Source: the human T2T-CHM13v2.0 reference genome, Homo sapiens. Taken from it: a DNA stretch of 64,000 bases. Below the pieces are notes generated by a model, which saw only the letters and a list, made by a program, of their open reading frames with translations, made no database searches and was not told the DNA's origin. Shown here piece after piece: positions 36,106 to 54,599 of the stretch. The translations under genes and the position numbers were made by a program. Each line of letters starts with the position of its first letter. Position 1 is the stretch's first letter. The DNA lies in the NCBI RefSeq assembly GCF_009914755.1, contig NC_060925.1; one strand, written 5' to 3'.

Positions 36106-38326
36106 TGCTGGGGACTGAATGTTTGTATCCCCCTCAAATTCAAATGCTGAAGCTTAAATCTCTAACGTTATGGTATTTGGAAGTGGGAGCTTTGGGAGAT
36201 AATTAGGTTATGAGGGTATAGCCTCATGAAAAGGATTTGTGTTCTTCTAAGAAGAGTTGGTCTAACTCCTTCTCTCCCTGTCTCTGTATTTGCCTTTCTC
36301 TCTATCTCCTCATGACGTGAAGATACAAAGAAACAGCTGTCTGCAAACCAGGAAGAATACCCTCACCAGACACCCAATCTGCTGGAACTTTGATCTTGGA
36401 CTTCCTGGCCTCGAGAATTGTGAGAAACAAATTTCTGTTGTTTAAGCCACCCAGGCTATGGTGTGCTGTTGTAGCAGCCCATACTAAGACAGAAATTAGT
36501 AATGAGCAGTGGGGTGCTGCTGTAACAAGTACTTGAATATGTGGCAGTGGCTTTGGAATTTGTTAATGGGTAGAGGCTGGAAGAGTTTGGAAGTGCATGC
36601 TAGAAAATGCTGACATTGCCATGAAGGAGATTTTAAAGGTGACTTTGGTGAGGGCTTAAAAAGAAAAGAGAAAAGCTTCCATTTTCTTAGAGACTCCATA
36701 AATAATGATGAACAAAATGTTGGTAGAAATATGGATGGTAAGGGCCATTCTGATGAGATCTCAGATGGAAGTAAATAACATGTTATTGGAAACTGGAGGA
36801 AAGGTGGTGCTTGTTATAAAATGTCAAAGAACTTGGCTTAATTGTGTTTGTGTTTTAGTATTTTGTGGAATGCAGAACTTGCAGGCAATGAAATTGGATA
36901 GTTAGCTGACGTTAGTTCTAAGCAAAGTGTTGAGGAGTGATTTGGTTCCTACTGATGTTTATAGTAAAATGCAAGAGGAAAGAAATGAATTGAAGATGAA
37001 ATTATTAAGGAAAAAGGAACCAGAAGTTAAAGATTTGAAAAATTTTCAGCCTGCTCATATTACAAAAGAATGAAAAAGTATGCTTGGGAGAGAACACTAA
37101 AGGTATAGTAAGTTGACTGTTTGATAGGTAGGTCAGTGTGGATGTGTAACAAGGACCAAATCAGCCATCTCAACAGAAGCCAGGAATAGAGATGGGATTA
37201 TACCAGCAGAAACACTGCCAGCTGGGACTAAGGGAAACAGAGAAAGTGGGAAAAAATGAAAGAAAACTGTTGAACTTCTTAGATTCTACAGGACCAGATC
37301 ATAGAGCTACTGTATGCAGCTGTTCAGCTATAACTGTGCACTATTTTTCAAGACAAGGGAAGAAGGACCTCAAAAGCAATTCAAAGATAATCAGGGATGC
37401 CACTCCCACAACAGGCCCAGAGGGCATGTGCTCAGGGGACAGGGCTGCCTCCACTTCTATTTCAAAGGGTAAGACCCCTGCCCAGTGGAGCCATGGGTGT
37501 GCAACTCCCGCTAGGCAGAGCTTCAGAGGTGAGACCCCTGCCTGAGTGGGTTCTGGAGGCAGGACCACTAGTCTAGTGAATCTAGAGGGCAGAGCTTTGA
37601 ACCAAAGAGGATTATTCTCAAACCTTAGGATCTCATAGAGTTTGCTTGCATGGTTTTAGAATTATTCAGGACCTGTCATTTCTCCCTTCTTTTTTATCTC
37701 TCCCTTTTGGAATGAGAATGTCTATCCTACACCTATCCCATCAACGTAGCTTGGAAACAAACAACTTGTTTGCCTTCACAGGTTCACAACTGGAGAGAAA
37801 TTTTGTCTCAGGGTACTCTTACCTCAAGTTTCATCCATATCTGATTTAGATGATATTTAGTTGAGAGTTTGGACTTTAGAGTTGATGCTGAACCAGTTAA
37901 GAATTTTGGATCTATTGGGATGGGATGAATGTATTTTCCATGTAAGAAAGATGTAAATTTGGGGGGGACAGGGGTGGAATTCTACAGACTGAATATTTGC
38001 ATCCCCCCCTTCAAATTCATATATTGAAGTCTAAATGCCCAAAGTTATGGTTTTGGGAGGTGCAGCCTTTAAGAGGTAATTAGGTCATGAGGGTGTAGCC
38101 TCATGATTGGGATTAGTGCCCTTATAAGACATGAGAGAGGTGCTATCTGTCTCTTTCTCTCTGCCATGTGAAGATACAAGAAGAAGACAGCTGTCTGCAA
38201 AGCAGGAAGAGTGTCCTCACCAGACACTGATCTTGGACTTCCTAGCCTTTAGAACTATGACAAATAAATTTATTTAAACCACCCAGGGTATGGTATTCTT
38301 TATAGCAGCTTGAACTGACTAATATA
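36106..38326 (+). mobile_element. MaLR element with LTR-internal-LTR structure (MLT1A/MST-type): LTRs ~36106-36491 and ~37980-38326
   Basis: Two similar LTRs (gactgaat.tttg.atcccc...caaattca...ccagacac...gatcttggacttcct...gcagc) flanking typical MaLR internal sequence with a purine tract before the 3' LTR. Confidence 0.85.
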
Positions 38327-38656
38327 GGGGGTCAAATGGATACTGAGGTAGTAACTGTGTTTGGGTCAATTTGCTGATACTCTACCCAGATTGCTGACTG
38401 AAAGCCTGGGGATCCTTCGCAGAAGAAATTGTGGAGTATATTGGAGAGTATAGGAGTTGATGGAGAATTTGAAGAGTTGTAGCTGCTCTCCTTGGTTGGA
38501 GAATGTGTTCCTCTGAGGATCTCTCATATGTGCTCTTTATGACTAAAGTTGGCCAGAAAATGATTGATGACTAAGGGAAAAGTTGGAAACAGTGTCCAGA
38601 AAGAAATAAGAACTTTTGTCTTCTTCTCTCTCCCTCCTCCTTTACTCCCATACAGG

Positions 38657-39281
38657 AGGATGTGCTGGTAAAATTTTAATAACCTTGCCTTTGGGTGTAG
38701 TTTTAATGTGGAATTTTACTCATTCATCGATGGTGTAAGCTACTTTTTTGCTGAACCAAATAATAGTTTTTGAATATTTCCTTATTTTTCATGCTATTCA
38801 AAGCATAATGGCTATAGGTAAGGCATACTTTTTTTGGTAAGACTTACTTTTAAGTTTAATCTTCATCATTAACATTTTCTTCCTCACTTTCTTAAATCTA
38901 GACAGACAACGACTCAAGCCTTGATTTGTAGTGTTTGCCAATTGCTGTGGTGTAAATACTCCCGTTGTCAATTTCTACCAATGTGATATAATTAAATGTG
39001 AAATTTGGAAGAGATGTGTAGTAGCATACTGTTATACAAATTTCTACCATATGAATATAGTAGATGTAAATAACTTCAAAACCATGAATAATAGTAAAAT
39101 ATACAATAATTAGGAAGTGATGAGTTTTGAGTATTATCTTTATTTTTGGTATGCCATTGAATTTTAAGTTTACATAATTTAATTTTTAATGGTGAGTGTT
39201 TAATAAACATCTCACAAAATTGCTGAAAATTCAACAAGCAGCTCTAATGAATTGGTAGGAGCTGGCTTTAGCACACCACTG
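38657..39281. mobile_element. hAT DNA transposon remnant (MER63-like)
   Basis: Terminal-like gtgctggtaaa and gctggctttagcacaccactg; family from memory. Confidence 0.5.
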
Positions 39282-39474
39282 TACCCATATAAGAGAAAAA
39301 AGAAATTAGAAGAAGAGTGAGGAGGAGTTGTGCTAGAAGAAGGCCATATCAACCTCCTACTCTCAGTTGAGGGAACAGGAGTAATCAAATTGCTGACCAT
39401 ACCCCTCTCCATTTCAGCTCCCTGTGTCATTAGACTGGCTTGTATAGGGACGGGAAAGCCATGACGAGGGGTGA

Positions 39475-40871
<1,397 letters not shown>

Positions 40872-41435
40872 TTAAAAACTAAGTATTATACATTTGATTT
40901 ATAAGATTAGTTATACACAAATCCTGTCCTCAACTGATCTTGACTTTCTTTTCTAGTTTATTTGTCTCTTGTCATATTTTTTGAAGTTTCCATTTTATTA
41001 TATAAAATTTTTTTATTTGGCTGAGGTATAACTAAATTATAAATTCTGCTATCTAGAAGCAGATAGAATTGTAGGATAGATAAAATGGATATAAAGTTTC
41101 CTTCTAGGCTGACAGGGACCTGGATAAGGGTGTTCTATAACTCACTGAAGACTGAGATACAATTACTTTTACCACAGTTTCTAAGGAGGATCCAAGTATC
41201 AGTTATTCTACTCCTAAGCTTCCCTAGAAGTAGGTGTTAAAAACCACTAAGAGTCTGAGATTTGACCCTACTTACGAGCTAACAAGTTTGCCTGCCACGG
41301 TTTCATCAATGGTGGCAGCTTTCTTCCAGATATCTCTACCTGAATGTTTAGATGCCTATGGGCATCTAAAACTTAACATCTATGAAATAAATCCCAGCCC
41401 TTCTCACTTTGATCCTCTTATCCACCCCAATCTCC

Positions 41436-42392
<957 letters not shown>

Positions 42393-42929
42393 CTTGTTAC
42401 CCAGAATAAATGAGATAAGGACAGTATCCACACTACTACCAATGTCCAATTAATTTGAAGTTCTACTGATTCCACATCTTTGTACTTCTTTTTTCTGAAC
42501 TCTCCTTTACAATTCTGATGTGCTTGGAAAAATTTTATAGCATTATGCAAGTACTAAATGCCAGTGAAAGACCAAGTATGACATATTTAGGCTGTCCCTT
42601 TTAAGTGCACAGAGAAATTGCCTTACTTAGTTTTCTAGGCAGACTTTTTCTTAAGTATATCAGTTAAAGTTTGCAATAAATCCTGACATTAATTTGGGGC
42701 AATATAATTGAGCTCAAGAAAAGCCTTCCTTTAAAAATTCACAATTGTAATTACCATCTACACTAGTAAAATATTATACATAATAAATATTTTATAAACT
42801 AGAAATATTCAGAAAGCTAATCTAGTATATTTTAACTCATAACCCTTATAACATATGCCATAAAACTTTCATTTAATATACATTGCATAATCTAAGACAG
42901 ATATAAAGTAATGTTTTAAAACTCTGAAC

Positions 42930-43488
<559 letters not shown>

Positions 43489-44669
43489 TTAGGTGGAAAG
43501 AAAAAAAATCTCACTTTACACACACACACACACAGAATTTAGGTGGCAGGCAATAATGGAAAAATAGTACAGACTGAAAATTGGGGGTCTAGTGCACCAA
43601 CTGTTTTTATGCCTTTGCTGTGTGACCTGAGTTGTTCTTTTCCCATCTGTAAAATGTGGGGGTAGGACTTGAGGATTATTAAGGCTCCCTCCTAATTCTA
43701 AAGTACAGAATTTAAGGAAAGATCTACATATTTAGATACATAGAGTTCTTGGAACCATAGTAGGCATGTCCCTCCAGCCTGCTCCTCTTCCTGTAGCCAC
43801 ACGCACGATGAATCACACCAATCTTCCTCTAGTCGTGAGAGCCAGAAATAGAGTGAAGAAAGTAATCAAAAGAGGACTTTGTTAAAATCCTTATACAAAT
43901 GGATTGAAGAAGAAAAAGGATCTAGCTAAAAGGTGAGTAAAGGAGCCGAAAGTTTTCTCTAAAAAATTATCTCAGAGCATAGCTCAAAAGAATAAAGAGA
44001 TGAAAACCCTGAAAGCAAAATCAAAGGATATGGGGGACTTCTGCTTCTGCCAATAGATGGAGCACTATGGGAATTAGTCTCCTGCTCTCAACAACTAGGA
44101 GCTCAGGCAAAATATATGAAAACAACTGCCCCCAGCTATTAGAAAACAGAGTAGGACAGATCGCTGAAAGAAGGGAAATAACTGAGGTCTACCCTCTAAT
44201 AGCCCAGCTTACTTCCTGGAGGTGGTTTCAGGGCTGAGGTGCAGGGAGGAGAAACCCATTGGATTGGGGGAACTCAAACCAAATCTTGCGGCTTTGATCT
44301 CGCTAAAGTTAAGAGAAAGATCGCACCAGCAATCACACTCTCACGCATTTACCTCAGAGAAATGGAAACTCATGTTCATACAAACCTGGATGCAAATGTC
44401 CATAGCAGCTTTATTTTATTTTTTAAGCAGCTTTATTTTTACTAGTAAAATCGTCAAAACAATCCAAAAGCCCTTCATGGGATGATTCGTTGAAACTTTG
44501 TACATCAGCAATAAAATTTTTATATTTGTATACATTACATTTTCAACTAGTATAATTAGTTGCTTTTTACAAATTAGTTTATATCATATTAATGTATCAT
44601 TAGCTAAAAAGTAAAATTATTCACATTTGAAATGTTAACCTGTTAATGATTAAACTGAATTGTAGCTTA

Positions 44670-44762
<93 letters not shown>

Positions 44763-45149
44763 TCACTAAATTCCTATTTTAAAATAAGGAGGAAGAAGAA
44801 CAAATCAATTCAAATTTAAACATAAAACTAGGCATAAGTTTTCAAAAGACTCACTTTTACATTACTGTTTTAGGTAAATAATAGAATTGTTTAAATCATA
44901 CAGTAAATCATAGAATTGTAAATGTACCCAAGTTTTTTCAATTGAAGGCTATATGATCAGAACTCCCAGATATGTATAGGCCCCATGAATTTTTAAATTT
45001 ATGATAAAGGTGAGGGGGAGAAAGTTCACGATTACCATGAGAACCATATGTGACTTATACTTGAAGCAAGACCATGTGGCTTGACTTATATCTATTTTCT
45101 TTTTAAATTTTTTTAATTAAAAATATATCAAGCTAGGAGTAGGACTTAA

Positions 45150-45870
45150 TTTTGTCGTTGTTGTTGTTGAGACAGAGTCTTACTCTGTCACCCAGGCTGG
45201 AGTGCAGTGGTGTGATCTTGGCTCACTGCAACCTCCACCTCCTGGGTTCAAGTGATTTTCCTGCCTAAGCCTCCTGAGTAGCTGGGATTACAGGTGTGCA
45301 CCACCATGCCCAGCTACTTTTTGTATTTTTAGTAGAGACAGGGGTTCATCATGTTGGCCAGGCTGGTCTCAAACTCCTGACCTCAAGTGATCCGCCTGTC
45401 TCAGCCTCCCAAAATGCTGGGATTACAGGTATGAGCCACCGTGCCTGGCCAGGAGTAGGACTTTGGACATATCTGTTTTCTTTTTGTCATGATATAATTT
45501 TAATGAAAGTAAACACAGGGAACTCATATTTATATAATTAATTGCTTCAAATTAAATTGGTCAATGATCCAAGACTGTTAACAGCATGTAGCAGGCAATT
45601 AGTCACACATAAGTAGCAGCAACTAAGCTGGTTAGGTCCCATTGCCATAATGGTTCATATTTCCTAGTTAATTAATATTGCTAACCGTCTCATCTGAGGT
45701 CAAGCAGTCCATATTAAGCTTAGGGAGCTGTATGAGACATCAGAACCTGGTCTAATTTATTACATCTTCAGATGAGAAAACTGAAGGCCACAGAGTACCC
45801 TATTAGTGTAATAGAAATAGCTAGGGCAGAGTGGAGGCAAGAATCCAGGAATATCAACCCAAAGCTCCCT

Positions 45871-45913
<43 letters not shown>

Positions 45914-46987
45914 TTTTAAAAATTGAGTAGATGGGTCAGGCACAGTGGCTTATGCCTGTAATCCCAGCACTTTGGGAGGCCGAGGCGGGCAGATCACTTG
46001 AGGTCAGGAGTTCAAGACCAGCCTGGCCAACATACTGAAACCCTGTCTCTACTAAAAATACAAAAATTAGCTGTGCGTGGTGCCACATGCTTGTAATCCC
46101 AGCGATTTGGGAGGCTGAGGAGGGATCGCTTGAACCCAGGAGGCAGAGGTTGCAGTGAGCCAAGATGGCACGCCACTGTGCTCCAGCCTGGGTGACAGAG
46201 TAAGACTCTGTCTCAAAAAGAAAAAAAAAATTGTGTAGATGACCATGCATTCAGTATACTTTTGCTCACTGAATTAAATGGGCTCCAGTGGCATTTAAGT
46301 GTAAAAGTGATATCGTTCACAGAAAGTACAGAATCATCAATGTTTTCAATGAATATTAATGTTAATACTAAGGTTCTTTCCAGCTCAGAAAAATCTCTGA
46401 TATTTCTCCTATATTGTATATTATTCCAGCAATGCCACATGGAGACAACAGTTCATGAAAGGAGAAAGATTCAGGATCCGATGCCAAAAGTTTACATTAT
46501 TTTGTAATTGGTTTCCTTCAGCTTTTTTTTTACTCTTTTTTCCTTCACCATACATTGCCCTGAGTATGATTTCTTCATGTACTGAATGACATCCCATCCC
46601 AGCATGCCCTCTATCACGTCACTACATCCAGATTTTCCCTCCATCACACGATGTAGTCCAGTGTGATAAATAAAGTATACAGACATGCTGGGTGTGGTGG
46701 TGTGTGCCTATAATCCCAGCTACCTGGGAGGCTGATGCAGGAGGATTGCTTGACCCTAGGAGTTTGAGACCACTCTGGGCAACATAGCAAGACCTCATCT
46801 CATGAAGAAAAAAAAAAAGTAGCCAGGCACAGTAGCATGCATCTATAGTCCCAGCTGCTGGGGAGGCTGAGGTGGGAGAATCAAAAGGATCATTTGAGTC
46901 CAGGAGTTTGAGGCTGCAGTGAGCTATGATCATGCTTCTGCACCCCGGCTTGGGTGACAGAGCAAGACCCCATTTCTTTAAAAAAAA
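45150..46987. mobile_element. Alus: - (45150-45451, TSD AGGAGTAGGACTT), + (45933-46230), AluJ-like + (46687-46987)
   Basis: Three dimers. Confidence 0.9.
45870..45915. repeat. (TTTA)n tetranucleotide STR, about 11 units
   Basis: Read directly from sequence. Confidence 0.95.
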
Positions 46988-46989
46988 TT

Positions 46990-47522
46990 ACACAGAGGAA
47001 ATTCTGGGCCATGGGGGTGCAAGCAGATAGCCTGCCTTGTGACGAACCACACAACCTCAGGTTGCACACTGGGAAGGGGAGATCCAGGATTGTGAAAGCT
47101 GATCATATGAAATGGGTCACTCTTGTGGTACCTAACTAAAACACAGTGAGAAGCCAGGGTAAGAGAAAACACTCAGGGCACAGAACATCGCTCCAAAAAT
47201 GCAGTCCCTCTGCAAGTCTGGCAGCTGAAATTGACTGCTGTGACCTAAACCAGTTGTATCTAATAGCTACTGAAAAGACCTGTGGCAACTCTAAACCAAT
47301 TTTGCCCACAGCCTTCACTTACCAATCTTGTCAGTGCCTCAAAACCTCACTAGTGCCAATTTGTAACATTTCCTGGTTTTATAAAACCTCTAACCTATTC
47401 TTTGTTCTTCAGAATATACTGAAGACTACTGCTCTGTGTGTATGCCCTAATTGCAATTATTTCCTCCCAAATAAATATTTTGATTTTAGAGATTAGTCTC
47501 TATATTTTATTTGACATTGACA
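46990..47522 (+). mobile_element. ERV1-type LTR (MER34/MER39-group-like)
   Basis: Ends cccaaataaatattttgattttagaga...ttgaca; TATA-like ttataaaa upstream; family uncertain. Confidence 0.5.
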
Positions 47523-48627
47523 GGGTAAAGGCATTAGCATAATGTGAATGCTGATGACTTTCTGGATTTCTTACAGGACAATAGGGGACAGATTTTGAAA
47601 GAGAACATACATTATGATTATGTGGACATATTTTCTTTTCAGACCCAAGAAACATCCCTCTTGTAAAACTAAACTAAACTAAAACTCTCCGAGGAGTTTT
47701 AGCTTTTGTGTTTCCCTTAAACATAATATGAGTTCAAGAGGGGGAGAAGGCTTTCATATTCCCCACCTAAGTTTATTTTACTGGAGACAAAGATTTCTAT
47801 TTTTCAGCAAGACACAGGTAAATAACTGGAAGAATCAATGTATTGAAGTGAATGAGTTTCCCAGTTTGGGGAACGTATAAACTACATGAGGGCCAGCTGA
47901 AACAATGCTGCTCATTTGTGAGAAAGAACAGAAAGCAGATCTTTTTACAGTAAGGTGTCCTACACCTCTCACTTTTAGTCACCCCATCTTCAACACCACA
48001 TAGGACATTTTAAGAGGCAAAATGTCATCCCATTATACACACACACATACGCACATGCACGCACATGCACACACAGCTGTATTTTTCTATATACAGTTAA
48101 CCATAGCATGAAATAATTTTTATGTTTTTGCTTTAAAAATAGTTTGCTAAGAGTAAATTATTTGGCTATGAATGATTTCTGGAAAATCACTGTGCAGATA
48201 ATGAATTTTTTTGAAGTGAGAAAAACTAACCAATTATTTTCAAGGGTCAACAACAGTTTTATGAATACTAAATTTGCCGGTTAATGAAATTGACTGAATG
48301 TTAGTTTTGTAGTATTAATTTCATATTTTGAAACTAATACAATTTTTTCAGTTTGCAAATTCTTTTCTCCCATCGGTCTTTGGCAATGTGCCAATGGTGC
48401 CTAATGGATAAATGGCCCTGGGAAAAAGTGGAGGTGAGGAAACACTATAGATTAACTTGCTTGCTTTCATCATTATATTTCATAAGTTCATCAAGGGCCT
48501 ATTTTGTGTCTCCTCAAATAAATGCTGAGAGCAAAGGAACATCAGTACTAATATGATGGTGTTCCCCAACTACTTTGCATAAACTAACTACTAATCTTTT
48601 AATGCAAAATGAATCAAGACGATATTA

Positions 48628-50046
<1,419 letters not shown>

Positions 50047-51049
50047 AGGTTTACTCTTTGACAGATCTCTTCCTTACTGGGTTGAAAGCTCATTTGAAGC
50101 AAGAATTGACTTATCCACCTCCGACTCTCAGCCTCAGGCAAAGCGTTTTACATCTAACGGGGATTTGAAAATTACAATTTAATTTGGAGATGTCTCTGAA
50201 TATAAATTTTTAGGAAGAGTAATCCTAGTTTATCTGTAATAAATGATGTTACTTCATAATGATTTACTGGAAGATGAAATAAAAAGTTGAGTGTATTATT
50301 ATAAAATGGGGTTATTGCCAATCTAAACTTGGTAAAATTGTTTTGAAAGGAAACTTGGATTTATGTTCTTAATTTCTAGCACAGTAGTGACAGTTTTTTG
50401 TTGTTGTTTGTTCGTTTGTTTTTAAAGAACACAATGAAATAGAGGCCATGCCAATTGGGGCAGAATGAATTCCCAATTACTCTCACAGTGAATCATCTAC
50501 AGGCCTCACTGCAAAAACTTGCTCTCAACAAAAATTGTAGGTCAATATTATTAGCATATCAGAGACTAAGTCATATCTAAAATAAAAATGTCTTAAATAT
50601 TTTAAGAGAACAATTTTATTTTAACAGCACCTTTGGGACTAAAAACAAACAAACAAAAAATAACAAAACCCAGTGTCGTCAATATAATAGGCTCAGCTGA
50701 GAAGAGTTCTTCAGCAAGTTCTAAACAACTCAGGAAAACTAAGAATCTCTAAAGTTACAAACTAAAGGCCTGAGAAATTATCTAGAAAATGCAGGCTTAA
50801 ATTAAAATTCACTTCCATTATGTGGCTTTATCAGTTCAAATGCTTACTCCTTGAGGACGAGGCCACTTCTTACACTCTTATCTGACACAGTCCACTACTG
50901 AGACCACAGTAGGGACTCACTTCATCTGTTAAATGATTAATGTTTACTCAATAATTAGATAACTGGCTGAGTTATCTCCATCTCACATTCCAAGGATAGA
51001 CTTAGGGGAATCTTTTTTCTTTAAATCTAAAATGTTGATAAATGGCCCA

Positions 51050-51436
51050 TATTATAGGCTGAATTATGTTGCCCCTAAATTCGTATGTTGAAGTCCTAGG
51101 CCCCAGGATCTCAGACTGTGATTGTATTTGGACATACAGCATTTAAAGAGTAAAGTTAAAATGGGGTTGTTAGGGTAGGCCTCTGGCCAGTATGACTGGT
51201 GTCATATAAGAAGAGGAGATTGGGACACCGAGGATACACAGAGGAAAGTCGTTGTGAAGATTCAGTGAGAAGGCAGCCACCACCCCAAGCCAAGGAGCGA
51301 GGCCTCTGAAGAAAACAACCCTGCCCACCTCTCCATTTCCAACTTTTAGTGTCTAGAACTGTAAGAAAACAAATTTCTGTTGTTTAGCCACTCTGTCTAT
51401 GATGTTTTGTCATGACAGTCCCAGCAAGCTAGTACA
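51050..51436 (+). mobile_element. MaLR solo LTR (MLT1B-like)
   Basis: tattataggctgaattatgttgcccc...ttcgtatgttgaagtccta...aaatttctgttgtttagcca...gcaagctagtaca. Confidence 0.8.
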
Positions 51437-51509
51437 GCCCAGGCACTGAGAACTAATTTAAAAACCCGACCTATGTGCTTAGTTCCGCATTATGCATTTT
51501 CTTGTCCCT

Positions 51510-51815
51510 TATTTATTTATTTTTATTTTTGAGACGGTCTCACTGATTCTGTCACCCAGGCTGGAGTGCAGTGGCTGCGATCTCAGCTCACTACAACCTC
51601 CGCCTCCCAGGTTCAAGCGATTCTCCTGCCTCAGCCTCCCCAGTAGGTGGGACTACAGGCGCCCACCACCATGCCCGGCTAATTTTTGTATTTTTAGTAG
51701 AGACGGGGTTTCGCCACTGTGGCCAGGCTGGTCTCTAACTCCTGACCTCAAGTGATCCGCCCGCCTTGGCCTCCCAAAGTGCTGGGATTACAGGCGTAAG
51801 CCAACGCGCCGGCCT
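51510..51815 (-). mobile_element. Alu (AluS-like)
   Basis: Full dimer. Confidence 0.93.
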
Positions 51816-52049
51816 GGAAGGGAAGTTTCTAAGAAAAACTACTAAGGAATTTTAAAACTATGATGTACGTGGATTGTGGAGTATTATTGTGGGCGACTAA
51901 TCAGATAATGATTGCAAGAATTGATTAGCCAGCTCGAAATCGCAGCACAATTACCGCAGGGGCGATCAGCTTCCACCATCCATTCCAGGATGTTGGGAGT
52001 CGTCAATTTGGAAATGTATCAATTAAGCGGCCCCCAGAGCCTCTCGCAT

Positions 52050-52610
52050 CTCTTGCCCGGCCCCGAGTCACCTTCCCCCAGGTGCCTCCATCTCGCTGGA
52101 AACATAGGAAGCCCGACTCAAACGCTCTATGCCTATGGTCGTTTCATGGGAAAGCAAAATTAAGGGCAACATTGAGGAAGCTCATTAATATTTAGTTTAG
52201 AAGATGCAAAGGGTTCTTCCGCGAACCTGGAAGAGCCCCCCGGGCTCGCCTCTCGCCGCGGTCCCACACTTGCCTGACCTCAACCACACTCTCCCGGTCC
52301 AGGCCCCGCTGGAGAACGTCCCACCGACTCCGGGGACAGAAAGGCCGTTTATGTAAAACGACGTTTTTCCTATTTCGCCTCCCACCCTCATGCAAATTTT
52401 GATTTTCAACTCTTCCAACCCTTCCGCACCCTGAAACAAACCTCATCTCCTTTCCTCCCTCTTCTGGCTCCGCGGGTTACTCGCCCCGCCCCCACCCTTC
52501 AGTCCCTTAGCAACGCGTCCTCGGTCCGTAGAAACCGGTTGCCGAGCTCTGCCTACCTCTGAAAGGCCTAGAGAGCAGAGTTCTCTTCTCAGAGGGGCTT
52601 CGCCCACAGA
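52050..52610. promoter_or_regulatory. Small CpG-rich promoter: GC box (~52484-52491), RFX X-box-like GTCCCTTAGCAAC (52502-52514), AACCGGTT palindrome (52533-52540)
   Basis: The only non-repeat CpG-dense stretch in the window, at the 5' end of the minus-strand gene. Confidence 0.75.
52442..52482 (-). other. C1orf141: C1orf141 non-coding first exon (5' end approximate)
   Basis: Lies in the CpG-rich patch just downstream of a GC box; donor GAG|gtttgt at 52441. Confidence 0.6.
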
Positions 52611-53571
52611 CTTTTGTCACTAAAAGCCCAGGTGACTCCCCAGATGCTTACGGATATTAAAACCGATTATGCTGAAGGAGTGGAAGGAGAGTCAAGTAAA
52701 AGAAGAAGATCAAGTAAAAAGAACTGGGGAACAGTGACTTTGTTTCCCCTTATTGTACCTCCTTTCTCCTTTTGTGCTTTCCTGGAAACATCGAATTTCA
52801 AAAAGAAGCTTACAAAGTCCACCATACAGCTTGCAGGTCTGAATGGAAGTCAACAGTTTATATTTGAATATTTGATGGAAGATTGCTTTCATGGCTTATG
52901 ATATTAAAAACAGCAACAACAAAAAACCATTCTTATTTCCAAGGCCAAGAAACCTCCCGTGTGGTTAGTAAAATCACCACTGTATTACGCAAGTTGTGTA
53001 GCAGACTTGGCTGCACACACACATACCACTTAGCATTTTTATGAGACATAATGGAGATACACTGACATACATTCTGCTGTATTTACTGTATCCTAAGGAA
53101 CCATTTGTCCTTATTGCTCACTTGTGTGAGCAGAAAATGCACTAAGGCCATGGGAATCATTTATTTTTAGAGCCATAATCTAAAAATGACTGACTTGAAA
53201 ACAGCTTGTATTTAATTTAAAATGATGGGGAATTTCACAATATTGGTTACATTTTAAGTCAGGGGTTGTTCATCATTCCAAGAATGTACCTTATCTGATG
53301 CATCAAAATAGGGGGAAAAGCTTTAAAAAACAGCACTTCAACATCTGTGAGAAGAAAAGGAAAAAAAGCACCAGAATTAATCATCACAAGTCTGTGCTAG
53401 TGGCAATGGCAAAACTGCAAAAAAAAAAAAAAAAAAAAAGTATAGTTATGTAGCAATCCAAATTTGGCTAGAAATTGATATTAATAGTCAATGCATGAAA
53501 ACACTGGAATCAATTTATTTCAAATATTTAAAAAACAAAAATACAATCATTAAAAGTAGAAGGTAGTTTGA

Positions 53572-53856
<285 letters not shown>

Positions 53857-54599
53857 AGGTAGCTTGATTCTATTATATTTTTTAAGCCATATACATTCAG
53901 GAACAATGGTTTGTATGGAATTGATAACTGGAATCTAGTTGATAGTGGTGATTTGTCTAAGATTGTTGTAATACCTTCAGCTCAAAAATTTGTACAGAGG
54001 TGAAAATTAGCTTCTTAAGAATTCAGTTCAGAAACGTTAGCTACTCATTAATCTTCAGTCAATAAAATTTGTAAAGCATGAATCTTATGAAATTCTTAGA
54101 ATATTATCATTATCTCAGTTAATATTTATGGAACACGTTCTGCATGTCAGGTACTAGGCTACAACTTTAAAATAGTTCTAATTTCATCCTTTACTTTTCA
54201 TTCTTAAACCTTAATTCGTATCTATGGAAAGGGTATTATCTTTGATTTTAGAAAAGACCTGACTGAAATTCAAAGAAACTATGTGATTTGCCCAGCATCT
54301 TATAATTAGTAATACAATTATTAATATAACACAAAGTACAAAGTATTTTCTCTTTAATAACAAATGTTTGGTAAATGTACACAAAAAAGAATTCAAGTGG
54401 ATTTTTTCCTAACTACTTTAATTGCTCTCAGTTAAATTCAGTATTTACTGAATGAGTTCATGAACCTATTATAGATAAATACTGGGTAAAGGAGCCTAAT
54501 GAATGTTTTATTTTAAAAGTATACAGATTTCTTAAAATATAAACTGTATACTATAAGAAAACAAAGAAAATAAAATCTGCAGACTTTTTCCTGCTTCCT

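Noticed and set aside
36496-37849. ORFs within the MaLR internal region
   Set aside because: Short fragments of decayed MaLR internal sequence with no intact retroviral gene
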